Assembly (NCBI GenBank): GCA_963790205.1
Contig: CAWBNQ010000001.1
Location: 1,120,001-1,184,000, forward strand
Source: Nitrospirota bacterium
GTDB taxonomy: Bacteria > Nitrospirota > UBA9217
Direction of reading: 5' to 3'
DNA length: 64,000 nt
Every line of letters begins with the position of its first letter. Positions within the stretch are counted from its first letter, which is position 1. Positions 58,274 to 64,000 of the stretch are shown here, in pieces. Both the position numbers and the translations under genes were made by a program. Below the pieces are notes generated by a model. It searched no databases and was not told the origin of the DNA. It saw nothing but the letters and a program-made list of their open reading frames with translations.

Positions 58274-59440
58274 TTGAAGAACATTTCCATACTGGGATCT
58301 ACAGGCTCGATCGGGCAATCGACGCTTTCCGTGGTCGAGATGTTTCCCGACCGCTTCAAGGTCGTAGCGCTTGCAGCGGGGAATAACGTCGACATCCTTG
58401 AAAGACAGGTACGGCAGTTCAGGCCCGCGATGGTCTCCGTTGTGAGCCCCCTTGCCGCCGAGAACCTCAAAAAACGCTGCGCCGACGTGAACCTCCGCGT
58501 CCTCTCCGGCGTTGAAGGCATGATCCAGGTGGCGGCGGCGGAAGAAGCCCAGATAACCGTCTCCGCCATTGTCGGGACCGCCGGGCTCGTGCCGACCCTG
58601 GCCGCGATCCGCGCGGGGAAGACGATAGCGCTTGCAAATAAGGAAGTCCTGGTGACCGCCGGCGAGCTCGTCATGGCCGAATGCAAGAGCCGGGGGGTCA
58701 AGCTCCTCCCGGTGGACAGCGAGCACAGTGCAATATTTCAGTGTTTGAGCGCAGGTGCGAACAAGGACATCCGCAAGCTGATCCTGACGGCCTCGGGTGG
58801 ACCGTTCCGGAGCTTTTCAAAAAAGGACCTCGCAAAAGCGACCCTGGCGCAGGCGCTCAAGCATCCGAACTGGAGCATGGGCAGGAAGATAACCATCGAT
58901 TCCGCCACGCTTGTGAACAAGGGACTCGAGGTGATCGAAGCCCGGTGGCTTTTCGACATGAAACCGGAAATGATCAAGGTGCTCGTGCACCCGCAGAGCA
59001 TCGTCCATTCCATGGTGGAATATGCCGATGGCGCGGTCATGGCGCAGCTCGGCATGCCCGACATGAAAGGGCCGATCGCCTATGCGCTCTCGTATCCCGA
59101 GCGGCTCGACAAGGTTTCGCCGGCGCTCGACCTCGCCGCCGTGGGCACGCTCACTTTTGAGGAACCCGACCTGGAGCGGTTCCCCTGTCTGTCCTATGCC
59201 TTTCACGCGCTCGGGGCGGGGGGCAGCATGCCGGCGGCGCTGTCGGCGGCAAACGAAGTGGCGGTTAAATATTTTCTGGACGGAAAGATCGACTATACGG
59301 ACATCGCCCGGGTGATCAAAGCAACGATGGACGCCCATACGCCGTCGCCGATCAGGACCGTTGAGGATGCGCTCAAGGCGGACCTCTGGGCGCGGCAGGA
59401 AGCGGAGAGAGTGATTGCGGAAGTGGTGAGTGGAAAGTAA
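58274..59440 (+). CDS. dxr: 1-deoxy-D-xylulose 5-phosphate reductoisomerase
   Basis: GSTGSIG, LANKE, PVDSEH, HPNWSMG. TTG start. Confidence 0.97.
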   Translation: MKNISILGSTGSIGQSTLSVVEMFPDRFKVVALAAGNNVDILERQVRQFRPAMVSVVSPLAAENLKKRCADVNLRVLSGVEGMIQVAAAEEAQITVSAIVGTAGLVPTLAAIRAGKTIALANKEVLVTAGELVMAECKSRGVKLLPVDSEHSAIFQCLSAGANKDIRKLILTASGGPFRSFSKKDLAKATLAQALKHPNWSMGRKITIDSATLVNKGLEVIEARWLFDMKPEMIKVLVHPQSIVHSMVEYADGAVMAQLGMPDMKGPIAYALSYPERLDKVSPALDLAAVGTLTFEEPDLERFPCLSYAFHALGAGGSMPAALSAANEVAVKYFLDGKIDYTDIARVIKATMDAHTPSPIRTVEDALKADLWARQEAERVIAEVVSGK

Positions 59441-59515
59441 GAAGTACGAAGTAATGAAGTACGAAATAGCTGTTACTGTCCAGTTTTTACATTTTACGAT
59501 TCTGAAGGAGTCAAC

Positions 59516-60799
59516 ATGACGTTAATTTATTTTCTCATCGTGATCGGCATCCTCGTATTCGTGCACGAGTTCGGTCACTTTATCATGGCAAAACGGGCAG
59601 GTGTGCGCATCGAGAAATTCTCGCTCGGCATGGGGCCGAAGCTCTTCGGCTACAAGAAAGGCGATACGGAGTACGTCATCTCGGCGCTCCCGCTCGGCGG
59701 CTACGTAAAGATGGCCGGTGAAAACCCCGATGAGGAGCCGACGGGCTCGCCGGACGAGTTCCAGTCGAAGACCGTGTGGCAGCGCGCAAAGATCGCTTTC
59801 ACCGGGCCTCTCACGAACATTGTGCTCGCTTTTCTCGTGATGCCGATCGTTTTCATGGTCGGGACCTATACCATGGGGCCGGCGGTGGTGGGGTTCGTGG
59901 AAAAGGGGTCGCCGGCTGAACTGTCCGGTATCAGGGTCGGCGACGTCATTGAGAAGATCAACGGAAGAACCATCGTCGACTGGGAAAAGGCCGAGATGCT
60001 GATTGCCGTCAATCCCAACACGGACATCAAGGTCGTGATCGATCGAAACGGCGAAAAGAAGATACTGATTCTGCGGCCGAAGCTCGATCCCCAACACAAT
60101 ATCGGGACGTCCGGGCTGTACCCGGATATTCCCGTGGAAGTCGGCAAGCTGAAAGCGGGGTTCCCCGCAGAGAAGGCGGGTTTAAAGGTCAACGACAAAG
60201 TCCTGTCCGTGGACGGCCGGACGGTATATTACTGGAACCAGTTTTCCTCCCTCATAAAAGACAGCCGGGGGAAAAAGCTCGAGCTTATGGTTGAGCGCGA
60301 CGGAAAGCGTTTGCCGATCTTCGTTGTCCCGGTCATGGACAACGGACGATACGTCATCGGCGTCGAGCCGGTCGTACGGATGATCTTCAAAAAGTACGGG
60401 TTTGTCGAGTCACTGGGCCTGGGGTTCGATAAGACCATCGAGTTTATCGATCTTACGTTTATCACGCTCAAGAAATTGCTGACGTTCAACCTTTCGATCA
60501 AGACGCTCGGCGGCCCGGTGCTGATCGCGCAGATGTCGGGTCAGGCGGCCTCAGCCGGGCTTTCGTCCTTTCTGTCGTTCCTGGCCATGATCAGCATCTC
60601 GCTCGGCATTCTGAACCTGATGCCCATTCCGGTCCTGGACGGGGGGCTTATTTTGTTCCTTATTATTGAGGCGATCAGGAAAAAGCCCTTGAAGCGTAAA
60701 ACCATGGAAATAGCGCAGAGCATCGGCGCAGCGGCGCTGATCACGCTGATCGGGGTGGTGTCCTACAATGACGTTATGAGGATGTTCTTCAGTAAATGA
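59516..60799 (+). CDS. rseP: RIP metalloprotease RseP
   Basis: HEFGH, two PDZ-like domains, NLMPIPVLDGG. Confidence 0.96.
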   Translation: MTLIYFLIVIGILVFVHEFGHFIMAKRAGVRIEKFSLGMGPKLFGYKKGDTEYVISALPLGGYVKMAGENPDEEPTGSPDEFQSKTVWQRAKIAFTGPLTNIVLAFLVMPIVFMVGTYTMGPAVVGFVEKGSPAELSGIRVGDVIEKINGRTIVDWEKAEMLIAVNPNTDIKVVIDRNGEKKILILRPKLDPQHNIGTSGLYPDIPVEVGKLKAGFPAEKAGLKVNDKVLSVDGRTVYYWNQFSSLIKDSRGKKLELMVERDGKRLPIFVVPVMDNGRYVIGVEPVVRMIFKKYGFVESLGLGFDKTIEFIDLTFITLKKLLTFNLSIKTLGGPVLIAQMSGQAASAGLSSFLSFLAMISISLGILNLMPIPVLDGGLILFLIIEAIRKKPLKRKTMEIAQSIGAAALITLIGVVSYNDVMRMFFSK

Positions 60800-60804
60800 T
60801 GTTT

Positions 60805-60888
60805 CCCCTCACCTCGGTCCTCTCCCCGGCGGGGAGGGGAGGCCGATTGCGCCCTCGCCCAAAGAGGAGAGGGAAGGGTGAGGGGGAT
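60805..60888. repeat. Palindromic intergenic repeat (CCCCTCACC...GGTGAGGGG)
   Basis: cccctcacc-tcggtcctctcccc...ggggaggg...ccctc...gagagggaag-ggtgagggg nested hairpins. Confidence 0.75.
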
Positions 60889-60894
60889 TTCTCA

Positions 60895-61990
60895 ATGAAC
60901 GTGAGCAATACAATAGTACGAAAAAATACGAGACAGATAACCCTCGGGACCGCCAGGATCGGCGGCACCGCGCCCGTGGTCGTCCAGTCCATGTGCAATA
61001 CGGACACTCGCGATGCAACGAGGACGCTCGAACAGATCAGCCGTCTCGAACAGGCGGGCTGCGAGATCGTGCGCCTGGCGGTCCCTGATGAAGCAGCAGC
61101 GAAGGCGCTGGGCTCGATCAGGAAGGGAACGAGGATCCCGCTGATCGCCGATATCCATTTCGACTATCGTCTTGCGCTCGAAGCCGTAAAGCAGGGCGTT
61201 GACGGACTCAGGATCAATCCCGGCAACATCGGCGGAAAGAGCAAAGTTTCAGAAGTGGTGCGCGCGTGTAAGGACCGGGGCATCCCGATCCGTATCGGCG
61301 TGAACGCGGGTTCGCTCGAAAAGGACCTGCTCGAAAAGTATCAGCCATCCTACACCCGAGGCCATTGTCGAGAGCGCCTTCGGGCATATCAGAATTCTCG
61401 AAGACCTGAATTTTACGGACCTCAAAGTTTCGCTCAAAGCCTCGGACGTGCTCACCACGGTTGCGTCCTACCGGTTATTCTCGGAGAAATCGGACTATCC
61501 GCTCCACATCGGCATCTCGGAGGCAGGCACGCTCTTTTCCGGCACGATCAAGTCGAGCGTGGGACTCGGGATACTTCTTGCCGAAGGCATCGGCGATACG
61601 ATGCGGGTATCGCTCACCGCTGACCCCGTCGAAGAAGTGCGTGTCGCATGCGAGATCCTGAAGTCGCTCAAGGTCCGCCAGCGCGGAGTGAACATCATCT
61701 CCTGTCCGACCTGCGGCAGGACCGAGATCGACATCATCGGTCTTGCCCAGGAAGTGGAGAAGCGGCTTGCGCACATCAAGGAGCCGATCACCGTCGCGGT
61801 CATGGGCTGCGTGGTGAACGGGCCGGGCGAGGCGCGCGAGGCGGACGTGGGCATCGCCGGCGGTAAGGGCGTGGGCCTTTTGTTCAAGCACGGCGATATT
61901 CTCAAAAAGTTCGACGAGAAGGAACTGGCTGACGTGCTGGTGAAGGAAGTGGAAGAGATCGTACATAAGCAAGTAAACAGCAAGAAGTAG
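60895..61990 (+). CDS. ispG: HMBPP synthase IspG with +1 frameshift near 61342 (likely assembly error)
   Basis: VQSM, ADIHFD, RINPGNIG, GVNAGSL, then second frame HPTPEAIVES...SCPTCGR...MGCVVNGPGE. Confidence 0.93.
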
Positions 61991-62071
61991 GGAGTAAACA
62001 GCGAGGCAAATTTATTTGCCTACTGCCTACTGCGTACTTCATACTGTATTTTACTCGACCGGAGGTTAATA

Positions 62072-63764
62072 GTGCGCTATTCCCATCTCTTCATTCCGAC
62101 CTTGAAGGAGGCTCCGTCCGAGGCCGAGGCGGTGTCGCACAAGCTCATGGTGCGCGCGGGCTATGTGCGCCAGCTTGCGGCGGGGCTTTATATCTATCTG
62201 CCCTTAGGCCAGCGGGTTATGCACAAGATCAACCAGATCATCCGGGAGGAGATGAACGCCATCGGCGGCCAGGAAGTGACCATGCCGGTGCTGAACCCCG
62301 CCGAGGTCTGGCAGCAGACCGGGCGGTGGGACGCGATCGGCGACGAGATGTTCAGGCTCAAGGACCGCGGCGACCGCGACATGTGCCTTGCCATGACGCA
62401 TGAGGAGACCATGACGTGGCTGGCGGCGCACGATCTCCGGTCTTACCGCGACCTGCCGCAGATCTGGTACCAGGTCCAGACCAAGCTTCGGGACGAGGCG
62501 CGGCCCAAGAGCGGCATCCTGCGCACCCGCGAGTTCACCATGAAAGACTCATACAGCTTCGATTGCGACGAAGCGGGTCTCGATAAGTCCTATCAGCTCC
62601 ACCTCGAAGCGTACAAAAAGATTTACAGCCGGTGCGGCATCAAGTTCTACGTGGTCCAGAGCGACACCGGCATGATGGGCGGCTCCATGGCGCACGAGTA
62701 CATGGCGCCCTCCCCGGCCGGCGAGGATGACGTGGCGCTGTGCGACGGCTGCGGCTACGCGGCGAACGTGGAACTGGCGTTGTCCGTGCCGAACTTGCCG
62801 AATGTTCCCGATTGGAAGTATGAAGAAGTCGCGACACCGGAAAAACGGACCATCGAGGAGGTGACGCGCTTCTTAAAGGTCGACGCCCGACCTTTTGATC
62901 AAGTCCATCCTTGTGATAAGCGATAACGGACCCGTCCTTGCTCTGGTGCGCGGCGACCAGATGCTTCATGAGAAAAAACTGTCGAAGCTCATCGGCCCTC
63001 ACCGCCCGGCGCAGAAAGAAGAAGTGAAGGAACACCTCGGCGTGCCTGCCGGTTTCATCGGCCCCATGGGCCACACGATCAGAAAGATCGCCGATCCATC
63101 CCTCAAGGAAGGGTCCTTCATCGCCGGCGCAAACAAGGAGGGCTATCACGTAAAGGGCGTGAGCGCGGACAAGCATTTTGCGGACGCCGAATTTGCCGAT
63201 ATCCATGTTGCGGCCGCGGGCGACGCCTGCGCTCAGTGCGGCAAGCCGCTCCGGATCGAGCGCGTGATCGAGATCGGCAATATCTTCAAGCTCGGGACGA
63301 AGTATTCCGTTCCCCTCAAGGCGAATTATCTCGACGAGAACGGCGCGGAGAAGCCGATCATCATGGGCAGCTACGGCATCGGGCCGGCCCGGATCGCGGC
63401 CGCGGCCATCGAGCAGGGGAACGACGAGAACGGCATGATCTGGCCGCTTGCGATCGCGCCCTATCAGGTGATGGTCCTGCCGGTGAACGTGAAGGACGCG
63501 AAGTCCATGGATATCGCGGAAGAGCTGTATGCCGCCCTGGAAGAAAAAGGCTTCGAGGTCCTGATGGACGACCGCGACGAGCGCGCGGGCATCAAGTTCA
63601 AGGACGCGGACCTTATCGGCATCCCCTACCGCATCATCATCGGCGAGAAGAACCTGAAGGAGGGCCTGGTGGAGGTGAAGGAGCGAAAGACGGGCCGGGT
63701 CGAAAAGATAAGGATCGAAGAGGCTGTTGAGAAAATGGCGAAGACGCTGGTGCTGGAAGGATAA
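62072..63764 (+). CDS. proS: Proline-tRNA ligase with +1 frameshift near 62888 (likely assembly error)
   Basis: [29 protein letters not shown]; second frame [26 protein letters not shown]. Confidence 0.93.
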
Positions 63765-63955
63765 AAAAGTCAGGAGTTCAGAGTCCATAGTTCGTAGCAC
63801 AGCGGCATAGAGGGCGTGCGGGCTGGCAGCTTAATTTCGCTGGGAGGAACAGATAATTGTGGTTGATAAAAAATCCGTACTATGCTCTCGAAATAAAAGA
63901 ACTTGAATTTAGCCTGGAAAGCTCCTATAATGCGAGTTTATGGAGGGTTCGCTTA

Positions 63956-64000
63956 ATGGAAGAGATCGTCAAACTTGCCCTGACCCCGCATCAGACTGCA
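63956..64000 (+). CDS. Start of an unidentified CDS running off the window
   Basis: GGAGG RBS, upstream TATAAT, reads MEEIVKLALTPHQTA. Confidence 0.4.
   Translation, partial: MEEIVKLALTPHQTA

Noticed and set aside
61320..61350. Programmed frameshifting in ispG or proS
   Set aside because: No convincing slippery site or stimulator, and several independent indels favour assembly error.

Overview
Bacterial chromosomal window, mostly GC-rich and almost entirely + strand. Gene content suggests Nitrospirota or a related deltaproteobacteria-like lineage (inference). Layout: (1) 1-3.4 kb LytS/LytTR two-component pair. (2) 3.9-13.8 kb respiratory cluster: secreted cupredoxin-like protein, Cyc2-like cytochrome-porin, CydA-like (bd-like) oxidase without cydB, three membrane c-type cytochromes, Usp and a radical SAM/SPASM enzyme. 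This resembles a rus-operon-style extracellular electron uptake chain. (3) 13.8-23.3 kb defence-type island: duplicated promoter block, DUF2442, Phd/RelE TA pair, an Mrr nuclease-SF2 helicase with 7 tandem HA repeats, and a DUF1156-type MTase plus PD-(D/E)xK nuclease. (4) 23.5-33.8 kb signalling and accessory genes, including a rhodanese-ferritin-like fusion with an in-frame UGA and SECIS-like hairpin (probable selenoprotein) and an attC-bounded cassette with no integrase. (5) 34-64 kb mostly housekeeping: Omp85, SurA-like, sppA, recN, vorB, cysK, desulfurase, NtrC-type regulator, ABC-2 exporter, GH57, uppS-cdsA-dxr-rseP-ispG-proS. Single-base frameshifts in ispG, proS and a sensor gene point to assembly indel errors. 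No CRISPR array, tRNA, rRNA, integrase or transposase was recognised. All calls come from reading motifs by eye; no searches were run.
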